DNA from: a candidate division CPR3 bacterium GWF2_35_18
Lineage (GTDB): Bacteria; Patescibacteriota; CPR3; GWF2-35-18
Assembly: GCA_001771135.1 (NCBI GenBank)
Contig: MESW01000002.1
Span: forward strand, 69,315-133,314
DNA: 64,000 nt
Reading direction: 5' to 3'
The first letter of the stretch is position 1. Every line of letters begins with the position of its first letter. The notes under the pieces are model-generated. The model did not search any database. It was given only the letters and a program-made list of their open reading frames with translations, and had not been told where the DNA came from. Position numbers and translations under genes: made by a program. Positions 8,807 through 17,567 of the stretch are shown one piece after another.

Positions 8807-8928
8807 CTTGCAATTCACTGAATGTTTTTTATCTCAGTATTCTTTTTTAATTTCAACATATCAACATATATTGAATTCAGATAGTAATTAATATACTATG
8901 GATATAGTTAAGCTTTTCTTTTCTAATT

Positions 8929-11900
8929 ATGAAAAAATTATCTAGACATTTTTGCTTTTTACTACTTTCTTTTAGTTTATTATTCAACTCAAGCTTTTTT
9001 CAAGCCCCTAATCTTACCTATGCAATTAATCAAACTAATACTCCGGCAACCGTTGTATTAGGACAGAACGGTTTTGATGCCTGTGATAGAGCTCCTAATT
9101 ATGGAGATATGAGAAGAGGTTTTAGTACACCTATACAAACCTTGATTGTGAATAATAAATTGATGGTTTCGGATTATGCTAATAGCAGAATATTTATTTA
9201 CAATACTATACCGGATTCTTATTTAGATGTACCAGATGTTGTGATTGGACAAAATAATCTATGTAATAATCTGATAAATAAATATCAAGGTCCTACAATA
9301 GTAGCGGCAGATACTTTATATTATCCATATTATATTTATTCTGATGGGACAAAACTCTTCGTAGCCGATTATTTGAATAATCGAGTATTAATTTACAACG
9401 AGATTCCAACTTCTAATAATGCTTCGGCAGATGTTGTAATTGGGCAACCAAACATGACCAGTAATACGGCTAATAATGGTGGTCTCGGGGCAAATACACT
9501 TTATAGACCTCTAGGAGTTTATTCTGATAACACCAAACTTTATATTGCTGATACAAGTAATAATCGAGTATTAGTTTACAATGAAATTCCAACTTCTAAT
9601 AATGCTTCAGCAGATGTTGTAATTGGGCAACCAAACATGACCAGTAATACGGCTAATAATGGTGGTAGAGCTGCTAATCGTTTAAATGCTCCTTATGCTA
9701 TAACTGTTAATAATGGGAAAATCTATATAAGTGATTTAAGTAATAATCGTGTATTGATTTTTAATTCTATTCCAACTTCAAATGATGCTTCTGCAGATAT
9801 TGTTGTCGGTCAAACTAACATGACGAATGGAGCTGCAAATCAAGGCGTAGCTGTAGCTTCAAACACCTTATCTTCGCCTATTTATACTCAAATAGCGAAT
9901 AATAAATTATATATTACTGATCGTGGAAATCACCGAGTATTAGTTTATAATAGTATTCCCATTGTAAATAATACTTCCGCCGATCTAGTGATAGGGCAAC
10001 CAAATATGACTAGTAACACGGCCAATAACGGTGGAATAAGTTCACAAACCCTTAATAATCCTACTGGTTTATCAGTTACTACGAATAAAATGATCATCAC
10101 GGATTCAAGTAATCATCGATTATTAATATTTAATACTTTACCCTTAACCAATAATCCGGAAGCAGATATTGTTATTGGCCAGAAAGATTTTACGCATAAT
10201 TTATCTTATATGGGAGCTGTTAATTCACAATCTCTATCGGCCGGTTGGAATACTGCTTTTTCCGATGGACAGAGATTATATGTCGTTGATTATGCTAACA
10301 ATCGAGTATTAATTTATAACTCAATTCCTACAGATAGTAATACTCCAGCCGATGTCGTAATTGGTCAACCGGACATGACCAGTAATATTGCAAATAATGG
10401 TGGATTAAGTGCAAAATCATTGAATCATCCCGTAGAAGTTTTTGCTTATCAAAATAAACTATATATATCAGATTACTCTAATAGTAGAGTATTAATATTT
10501 AATACTATCCCTTCAACTAATTTTGCCGAAGCTGATATTGTAATAGGGCAGCCAAATATGACCAGTAATACTGCTAATAACGGCGGCCTTGGGGCAAATA
10601 CTCTTTATTATCCAGGTTCTACGTATACTAATGGAGAAAAATTAATTATCGCCGATTATAATAATCATCGAGTTTTAATATATAACACAATCCCTACCAA
10701 TAATAATGCAAGTGCTGATGTAGTAGTCGGTCAACCAAATATGACAACAAGATCAATAAATTATGGAGGTTTAAGTGCTAGCTCTCTATATTATCCATAT
10801 GTTGTATCCTCAAACGGTAGTAATTTAGTAGTTACCGATTATAGTAATAGTAGAATACTTATTTATAACTCTATTCCTACATCGAATCTAAGTAGTGCTG
10901 ATGTAGTAGTTGGTCAACCAAATATGACTAGTAATGGATGTAATAATGGTGGAATAAATGCAAATACTGTGTGTAATCCATGGTATGCTTATACAGATGG
11001 TATTAGATTATTTATTGCCGATACTGCCAACTATCGAATACTTATTTATAATTCTATACCTACAAATAACTTTACAAACGCAGATATTCTAATCGGACAA
11101 CTTGATTTTACGCATAAGGATATTAATCAGAATGGAGATGCGTCGCAATATACTTTAACTGCTCCCTATTCAGTAATTACTGATAATCATAATTTAATAG
11201 TATATGATGCAATGAATTATCGTGTACTCTTCTACCCTCTTGGCCCTCAAAACACGGGTGTTACCACAGACAGCTATAGTAATTCTCAGAACATTGATTT
11301 AACCCTCTCTGCAGATGATGCAAAAGAGATGATGATCTCTGAAGATAGTGGATTTACCGGAGTCTCATGGGAATCATTCTCCACTTCCAAAGATTTTACC
11401 TTATCTACCATAGAAGGTAGTAAGACTGTCTATGTAAAGATGAGAGATTATGCTAATTACGAAGGAGATACTTTATCTACTACACTAACCTATGACGCTA
11501 CCTCTCCCACGGGGAGTCTTACCATCAACTCTGGAGCTACCACTACTAATAGCAGGGGAGTCACACTCACTCTTTCAGCTGACGATGCTCTTTCTGGAGT
11601 AGTCTCGATGATGATTTCTGAAGATAGTGGGTTTAATGGAGCATCCTGGGAAAATTATGATACCTCTAAGGATTGGATCCTTACCTCTGGAGATGGAATT
11701 AAGACAGTCTATGCTAAGTATAAGGATGTTGCTGGGAATATTTCTGAGAGAGTCTCTGGAAACATCGAGATGGATACTAATATCCCCGAAGGAGAGATTA
11801 TTATCGTTAGTCCTACGGAGAATGCTTATGTAAACAGTGAAACAGTCACTCTGACTTTAGAAGGAACCGATGAATTAACAGAGGTGTTTGAGATGATGAT

Positions 11901-12510
11901 CTCTGAAGATCCAAACTTCATCGGAGCTTCATGGGAAACATATACAACAACCAAAGAGTGGACATTTTCTGAGGGAGATGGAATTAAGGTAATATATATA
12001 AAGTATCGTGACTCCGCTCAGAATGAAAGCTTAATATACAGCTCCAGTATCATACTAGATACAGTAACCACTATAGATCTTACTAAGCTGGGAGGTAATA
12101 CCTTTAATACAGATATAACTGATTGGGAGATAGAAGATAATAAACCTAGCTTTGAAGGAACAGGGGAGGTAGATGCAGAGGTTGTAGTTACCATCAATTC
12201 TGATTCCATAATAGGAACTTCCATTGTAGATAGTGGTGGGAATTGGATCTGTACTCCAGAAACAGAGATTCCTGTTGGAAAGCATGAGGTAACGATAACC
12301 TCTACCGATCTAGCATCTAATACCGATACTCTCTCATTCAATCTTTCCGTACTTGGAGCTACTGATACACAAGAACAAATAGAAGGACCTGAAGAGCTAC
12401 CTAATACCGGAGTACAAACAATCATTATCTTCTTCATGGTAATAGCACTATTTTGGACAGCTACAAATCTGAGAATCATTGATAAACTTAGAAGTTTTAT
12501 GAAGAGATAA
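8929..12510 (+). CDS. Large sortase-anchored surface protein: NHL-repeat beta-propellers, Ig-like repeats, LPNTG anchor
   Basis: Signal peptide; 12 ~61-aa repeats (D..N.RVLIYN..P....ADVVIGQ); three MMISED..F.G.SWE repeats; Big-like domain; LPNTG, TM segment and basic tail. Confidence 0.88.
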   Translation: MKKLSRHFCFLLLSFSLLFNSSFFQAPNLTYAINQTNTPATVVLGQNGFDACDRAPNYGDMRRGFSTPIQTLIVNNKLMVSDYANSRIFIYNTIPDSYLDVPDVVIGQNNLCNNLINKYQGPTIVAADTLYYPYYIYSDGTKLFVADYLNNRVLIYNEIPTSNNASADVVIGQPNMTSNTANNGGLGANTLYRPLGVYSDNTKLYIADTSNNRVLVYNEIPTSNNASADVVIGQPNMTSNTANNGGRAANRLNAPYAITVNNGKIYISDLSNNRVLIFNSIPTSNDASADIVVGQTNMTNGAANQGVAVASNTLSSPIYTQIANNKLYITDRGNHRVLVYNSIPIVNNTSADLVIGQPNMTSNTANNGGISSQTLNNPTGLSVTTNKMIITDSSNHRLLIFNTLPLTNNPEADIVIGQKDFTHNLSYMGAVNSQSLSAGWNTAFSDGQRLYVVDYANNRVLIYNSIPTDSNTPADVVIGQPDMTSNIANNGGLSAKSLNHPVEVFAYQNKLYISDYSNSRVLIFNTIPSTNFAEADIVIGQPNMTSNTANNGGLGANTLYYPGSTYTNGEKLIIADYNNHRVLIYNTIPTNNNASADVVVGQPNMTTRSINYGGLSASSLYYPYVVSSNGSNLVVTDYSNSRILIYNSIPTSNLSSADVVVGQPNMTSNGCNNGGINANTVCNPWYAYTDGIRLFIADTANYRILIYNSIPTNNFTNADILIGQLDFTHKDINQNGDASQYTLTAPYSVITDNHNLIVYDAMNYRVLFYPLGPQNTGVTTDSYSNSQNIDLTLSADDAKEMMISEDSGFTGVSWESFSTSKDFTLSTIEGSKTVYVKMRDYANYEGDTLSTTLTYDATSPTGSLTINSGATTTNSRGVTLTLSADDALSGVVSMMISEDSGFNGASWENYDTSKDWILTSGDGIKTVYAKYKDVAGNISERVSGNIEMDTNIPEGEIIIVSPTENAYVNSETVTLTLEGTDELTEVFEMMISEDPNFIGASWETYTTTKEWTFSEGDGIKVIYIKYRDSAQNESLIYSSSIILDTVTTIDLTKLGGNTFNTDITDWEIEDNKPSFEGTGEVDAEVVVTINSDSIIGTSIVDSGGNWICTPETEIPVGKHEVTITSTDLASNTDTLSFNLSVLGATDTQEQIEGPEELPNTGVQTIIIFFMVIALFWTATNLRIIDKLRSFMKR
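9376..9666 (+). repeat. Near-identical intragenic direct repeat (9376-9483 vs 9559-9666)
   Basis: About 108 bp with about 4 mismatches, offset 183 bp (one NHL unit). Confidence 0.85.
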
Positions 12511-12524
12511 ATTAGAAATATGGA

Positions 12525-13397
12525 TTAGAGTTCTTCGAGTTTGAAGGTTTCTTTGTAAGCAGTTCTAACATGTTCTAAGTATTTTTCTGTAGTTGATAAT
12601 CTTTTGTGTCCTACGATTTTTGAGATCAAAATGAGGCTAGTTCCTTTCATGAGGTGATGGGCGATAAAGGTATGTCGAAGGTCATTTACTTTTGCGTTTT
12701 TTACTCCCGCCTTACTAAAATATCGATCGATTGCAGATCGAATATTTCTGATTAATAGCGGTTTTCCAGTTTTAGTCACAAAAAGAGTTTCTTCTTTTGT
12801 GTTTGGCCTGATTTTTAAATATTCAGATATTGATTTAATTACAGATTTATTTAAAGGAACATTACGGCCTTCGTGTCCATGAGATGGTTGAATTATTAGC
12901 TCTCCGCTATTTTTTGTTTTATCAATAATTACATCTTCTACTCGAAGATTTCTCAATTCTCCAATACGAATACCTGTTTGTAAAAGAATTTCTACAATGG
13001 CAGCTATTCTTGGATCCTCACGACAAGAGTCTCTTAAAGCTCGATATTCAATTTTTGATAGAATTCTGGGAGCTGGAGTATCAAACTTGGGATGCGATAT
13101 TAAATTTGCAGGATTGTCAGTGATATATTCATTTAGTTCAAGAAAGCGGAAAAAAGTCTTAGTGCTATTTGTCTTTCGGGAGATACTTTTAGTGGTATAA
13201 TTTTCTTTTTCAAGTTTTGCCATGAAGGCTTGAAGATCGTTTTTGTTAATATGAGTTGTTCTAGTTTTACTTAAATTTTCTAGAAATTCTATAAGTTGTT
13301 CTATATCTTTACCATATGCAAGAATAGTCGCTTGAGAGCGGTCTTTTTCCGTAAGATGTTCTACAAATTTTTTGTGAGCTTCTTTCAATTCGATCAT
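12525..13397 (-). CDS. Tyrosine recombinase, XerC/XerD-like
   Basis: SAM-like N-domain (TILAYGKDI...SISRK); TGIRIGE, DLRHTF, GHKRLSTTEKY. Likely start MIELKEAH at 13397. Confidence 0.88.
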   Translation of the reverse strand: MIELKEAHKKFVEHLTEKDRSQATILAYGKDIEQLIEFLENLSKTRTTHINKNDLQAFMAKLEKENYTTKSISRKTNSTKTFFRFLELNEYITDNPANLISHPKFDTPAPRILSKIEYRALRDSCREDPRIAAIVEILLQTGIRIGELRNLRVEDVIIDKTKNSGELIIQPSHGHEGRNVPLNKSVIKSISEYLKIRPNTKEETLFVTKTGKPLLIRNIRSAIDRYFSKAGVKNAKVNDLRHTFIAHHLMKGTSLILISKIVGHKRLSTTEKYLEHVRTAYKETFKLEEL

Positions 13398-13683
13398 ATT
13401 AACAGTGAATAATAATTTAAACGACAATATATTATGATATTCTTTTAATGAAAAGAAATTAAGGTTGGATAATTGTCGAAGTCGTAATGTAGCATATCTT
13501 TTGTTTTGTGTCAAGAACTATAGGATATATAATCTTTTTATTTCTTTATTAACAAGCCATTTACATATATTTTATAAAGTTGAAAATGTTAATCAGTGGC
13601 CGAAAATAGATATCATTAAGAATGTTTTAAATTTGAAATTCTACTTTGCAATTTTTAATCTTTTAAGTATATACTTAAAAGAT

Positions 13684-14217
13684 ATGTTTTTTAAAGCAAA
13701 TAAAGAATTATTAAAACATAAAGCTTCCAATAAACACGACGTAAAAGTGAATATATTTGATGATTCTAGCAATGAAGTACAAGATAAAAACTCTATAAAA
13801 TCGCCGAAAATCTTTACTGATAAACCGAGATTTCTTCATAAAAAAAATCAAACTTTTACGATTGAGACTTTTTTTTCTTCAATATTAATTATTTTTCTTT
13901 TATGGTTAGCTTTTTCTTTAAGTAAATCTTTATGGCAAACAATTAGTAATCAAACAAGGATCATTAAAGAAAATGAAGAAAGAGATAAGCTTTCAGAAGA
14001 AGTTGTTTTTTTGCAGGAAAAACTAAGTTACTTAAAGTCAGAGAGTTATATAGAAGAAGAAGGTCGGAACAAATTAGGATTAGCGAAAGATGGTGAAAAG
14101 GTTCTTATTATTCCTGAAGATACATTAAATGAAATTGAAGCATCTCTAGAAGAAGATACGGAGTTTTCTGTTAAGAGTCTTTCCGTTTGGGAGCAATGGT
14201 TTAAATTCTTCTTTTAG
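13684..14217 (+). CDS. ftsB: Septum formation initiator FtsB/DivIC family
   Basis: TM plus coiled coil plus YIEEEGRNKLGLAKDGE; start uncertain. Confidence 0.75.
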   Translation: MFFKANKELLKHKASNKHDVKVNIFDDSSNEVQDKNSIKSPKIFTDKPRFLHKKNQTFTIETFFSSILIIFLLWLAFSLSKSLWQTISNQTRIIKENEERDKLSEEVVFLQEKLSYLKSESYIEEEGRNKLGLAKDGEKVLIIPEDTLNEIEASLEEDTEFSVKSLSVWEQWFKFFF

Positions 14218-14232
14218 TATTGTATTTCTAAA

Positions 14233-14261
14233 TTGACGATAAATGACCCCTATGCTATGAT
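14233..14261 (+). promoter_or_regulatory. Sigma70 promoter for the tRNA-Met genes
   Basis: TTGACG-17 nt-TATGAT with extended TG. Confidence 0.65.
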
Positions 14262-14298
14262 TGGGAAGCTTTCTAATGGAATATGTACTATATTATAT

Positions 14299-14373
14299 CG
14301 CGGGGTGGAGCAGTGGTAGCTCGCAAGGCTCATAACCTTGAGGTCAGCGGTTCGAGTCCGCTCCCCGCTACCA
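14299..14373 (+). tRNA. tRNA-fMet(CAU), initiator
   Basis: CGCGGGG...CCCCGCT-ACCA with C1:U72 mismatch; anticodon arm CAAGG-CTCATAA-CCTTG. Confidence 0.93.
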
Positions 14374-14379
14374 AGGATG

Positions 14380-14504
14380 TAAATTCGAAATTCAAAGCAC
14401 GGAGTTCGAAACAATAATTAAATTTCAAAAGAGCCAAGATATTTCTAATTTGAGATTTAAAAATTAGAATTTGTTTAGAATTTCGGATTTTGGGCTTCGA
14501 ATTT
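14380..14504. repeat. Heptamer-periodic imperfect inverted repeat
   Basis: aaattcg aaattca aagcacg gagttcg aaacaa is approximately the reverse complement of ttgttta gaatttc ggatttt gggcttc gaattt. Confidence 0.7.
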
Positions 14505-14510
14505 TTTTAT

Positions 14511-14582
14511 GCCAGGGTAGCTCAGTGGTAGAGCAGCAGACTCATAAGCTGTCGGTCGTGGGTTCAAATCCCGCCCCTGGCA
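14511..14582 (+). tRNA. tRNA-Met(CAU), probably elongator
   Basis: GCCAGGG/CCCTGGC acceptor, CTCATAA loop, GTGGG-TTCAAAT-CCCGC T-arm; no encoded CCA. Confidence 0.85.
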
Positions 14583-14684
14583 TATAATTGATGGGTGTTA
14601 GCAGTCTCCTGATGTGAAATATTTATGAAGTTTCGCTTGTAAAAAATTTAGAAAATATCATCAAATATAAAGAAAGATTAATAA

Positions 14685-16598
14685 ATGGCAACTACAAATA
14701 ATGGAAATCAAAACAAAATAATTCCGAATCATAAAAAAATAGTTGGGCAGGGAAATATTTTTAAAGGAATAATTATTTATATTATCCTTGCTGTGATAGG
14801 TTTGTACGTCTTTTATACATTTTTTACTCCTTCTAACTTATTTGAAAAAGAAGTTCCTCTAACTGAGATTGCACAGGATATTAAAGATAATAAAGTTGAA
14901 AAAGTGTTTGTTACGTCTGAAAAACTGACTGTAAATTATAAAGATGGACAACAGAAGATATCGCGTATAAGTGGTCAAGATGGAGTGATAGAAGCTTTTA
15001 AAAATTTAGGAGTAGATCCTTCAAAAATTGAAATAAAATTTGAGAATACTTCCACATCATCTTTTTGGGTAAACTTAATAGCTCAATTTTTTCCTGTACT
15101 TTTGATGATTGTTTTCTTTTTTATCATTATGCGTCAAGCTCAGTCATCAGGTTCAAATATCTTATCTTTTGGAAAATCGAAGGCAAAACTTTTTACAAAA
15201 GATAAAACTAGAGTTACTTTTAATGATGCTGCTGGTGTAGAGGAAGCAAAAAAAGAGTTACAGGAAGTAGTTGAATTTCTGAAATATCCTAAAAAATTTA
15301 CCAGTTTAGGAGCTAAAATTCCTCGAGGAGTACTTCTTGTAGGTGCTCCTGGAACAGGAAAAACTCTTCTGGCTCGTGCCGTTGCAGGAGAAGCTGGCGT
15401 TCCGTTTTTTTCTATCGCTGGTTCAGAGTTTATGGAAATGCTTGTTGGAGTTGGTGCTTCTCGTGTCCGTGATCTTTTTGGTGAAGCTAAAAAGAATGCT
15501 CCGGCAATTCTTTTTATCGATGAATTAGATGCAATCGGAAGACAGCGTGGAGCTGGTATTGGGGGAGGACATGATGAACGAGAACAAACTTTGAATCAAA
15601 TATTAGTAGAGATGGACGGATTTGATCAGACAGTAAATGTTATCGTTATTGCTGCTACAAATCGTCCGGATATTCTAGATCCCGCTTTAATGCGTCCGGG
15701 TCGTTTTGATAGACGAGTTGTGATTAATTACCCTGATATGGAAGGTCGAAAGGGCATAATTAAAATTCATATGAAGAAAAAACCAATCACTGAGGATGTT
15801 AATATTGATAAATTGGCTCGTCGTACCGTAGGTTTCTCGGGTGCTGATCTAGAAAATATGTTGAATGAAGCCGCAATTCTTGCCGCATCTCAAGGAAAAA
15901 ATAAGATTAATGCTGCAGATATTGAAGAAGCAGCAACAAAAGTGAAGCTAGGTCCAGAGAAAAAACGATTACAAACTGAGGAAGATCGAGAAATAATTGC
16001 TTATCATGAATCTGGTCACGCGGTTACTACTTATTTTTTGCCTCAAACTGATCCAGTGCATCGGATCTCTATTGTATCTAGGGGTTTAGCACTTGGTTAT
16101 ACTATGACTCCTCCACAAACAGATCGTTATAATGAAAATAAAACCAGACTACTTAATCAAATTGCAACTCTTTTGGGAGGAAGAGCCGCTGAGGAAATTG
16201 TTTTTAATGAACAAACAGTAGGAGCTTCTTCAGATATAGAAACAGCAACCGGTATCGCTCGTGAGATGGTTTGTCGCTATGGAATGAGTACTCTAGGGCC
16301 AATTATGTTGGGAGAGAAAGAAGAGTTAATCTTTTTAAGTCGAGATTTACACGAAAAGAGAAATTATTCTGAAGAGTTTGCTTCGAAGATTGATGTGGAG
16401 ATTGAGAAGATTATTAATCAGAGTTACAACAAAGCAAAAGAGATCTTAATAAAGAATCGAAATAAATTAGACCTTCTTGCCCAAAAGTTAATGAAACAGG
16501 AAACTGTTGAAAGTGAAGAATTTGAAAAGTTAATGCAACAAGATATAACTTCAAATAATCAAAAAAGTAAGAAGTCTGCTAGTAAAACAAAAATATAG
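14685..16598 (+). CDS. ftsH: ATP-dependent zinc metalloprotease FtsH
   Basis: 2 TM; GAPGTGKT; DELDA; RPGRFDR; HESGH. Confidence 0.97.
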   Translation: MATTNNGNQNKIIPNHKKIVGQGNIFKGIIIYIILAVIGLYVFYTFFTPSNLFEKEVPLTEIAQDIKDNKVEKVFVTSEKLTVNYKDGQQKISRISGQDGVIEAFKNLGVDPSKIEIKFENTSTSSFWVNLIAQFFPVLLMIVFFFIIMRQAQSSGSNILSFGKSKAKLFTKDKTRVTFNDAAGVEEAKKELQEVVEFLKYPKKFTSLGAKIPRGVLLVGAPGTGKTLLARAVAGEAGVPFFSIAGSEFMEMLVGVGASRVRDLFGEAKKNAPAILFIDELDAIGRQRGAGIGGGHDEREQTLNQILVEMDGFDQTVNVIVIAATNRPDILDPALMRPGRFDRRVVINYPDMEGRKGIIKIHMKKKPITEDVNIDKLARRTVGFSGADLENMLNEAAILAASQGKNKINAADIEEAATKVKLGPEKKRLQTEEDREIIAYHESGHAVTTYFLPQTDPVHRISIVSRGLALGYTMTPPQTDRYNENKTRLLNQIATLLGGRAAEEIVFNEQTVGASSDIETATGIAREMVCRYGMSTLGPIMLGEKEELIFLSRDLHEKRNYSEEFASKIDVEIEKIINQSYNKAKEILIKNRNKLDLLAQKLMKQETVESEEFEKLMQQDITSNNQKSKKSASKTKI

Positions 16599-16634
16599 AA
16601 ACGATATATAACTTTTTACTTGAATTAGAATAAT

Positions 16635-17567
16635 ATGAACGATTCTAAGATAGTTATTTTTGACGCACATGCTTTGATACATCGAGCTTATCATGCTTTA
16701 CCACCCCTTACAACTTCGGAAGGGATTCCAATAAATGCTGTCTACGGATTTGTGAAAATAGTTTTAAATATATTAGAAACAATGTCTCCCAATTATGTTG
16801 CGGTGGCTTTTGATACAAGAACTCCTACTTTTAGACATGTGGACTACAGTGAATATAAAGCAAATCGTCCTCCTTCTCCAGATGATTTGAAAATACAATT
16901 TCCAATTGTTAAACAGATAGTTGAAGACCTTGGATTATCTTCTTTTGAAGTTGAAGGTTATGAAGCTGATGACGTTATCGGGGCTTTAGTTAATAAATTT
17001 GAAAAAAGTGTTTCCAACTCTGAAATATTTATAGTTACTGGAGATTTTGATGCTACTCAGCTTGTAAATGATCATATAAAGATTTTTACTCTTGGGAAAA
17101 GAATTGAAAATACTTCTATTTGGTCTAAAAAAGATTTGATGGAAAAATTCCAACTTTCTTATCCAAAACAGATTATCGATTATAAAGCTTTAAGAGGGGA
17201 TCCGTCGGACAATATTCCTGGCGTTAAAGGTATTGGGGAGAAGACAGCCTCAATATTATTAAAAAACTTTAAGAACCTAGAGACAATTTATGAGAATATT
17301 GATAAAGTAGAGTCAAAATATCGTCAAAAGTTAGTAGATGATAGGACAAATGCCTTTCTATCAAAGAAATTAGCGACTATTATCAGTGATGTGCCACTAT
17401 CTTTTAAAGTAGATGAATGTAAATATCATAGTTTTGATAGAGAAAAGATAGTACCTGTTTTGGAAAAATACGAATTTCGAAGTTTAATAAAAAAATTCAC
17501 GAGAAAAGATATCTCAAAAACAGTACAAAAAAAAGACGAAAATGAACAACTCTCCTTTATCGAATAA
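16635..17567 (+). CDS. DNA polymerase I 5'-3' exonuclease (flap endonuclease) domain, stand-alone
   Basis: HRAYHALP, YKANR, EADD, GDPSDNIPGVKGIGEKTA; ends EQLSFIE. Confidence 0.92.
   Translation: MNDSKIVIFDAHALIHRAYHALPPLTTSEGIPINAVYGFVKIVLNILETMSPNYVAVAFDTRTPTFRHVDYSEYKANRPPSPDDLKIQFPIVKQIVEDLGLSSFEVEGYEADDVIGALVNKFEKSVSNSEIFIVTGDFDATQLVNDHIKIFTLGKRIENTSIWSKKDLMEKFQLSYPKQIIDYKALRGDPSDNIPGVKGIGEKTASILLKNFKNLETIYENIDKVESKYRQKLVDDRTNAFLSKKLATIISDVPLSFKVDECKYHSFDREKIVPVLEKYEFRSLIKKFTRKDISKTVQKKDENEQLSFIE

Noticed and set aside
8666-13680. Classical genomic island from tRNA-Ile to the recombinase
   Set aside because: No distal att copy was found beyond the recombinase; the duplicated 3' half lies only 29 bp from the tRNA.
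13398-13683. N-terminal extensions of the recombinase and FtsB ORFs
   Set aside because: Overlapping divergent AT-rich extensions; downstream ATGs (13397, 13684) fit the families better.
17542-17567. Programmed or sequencing frameshift in polA
   Set aside because: Joining the frames would still lack the 3'-5' exonuclease domain, and the upstream ORF has a plausible native C-terminal motif.
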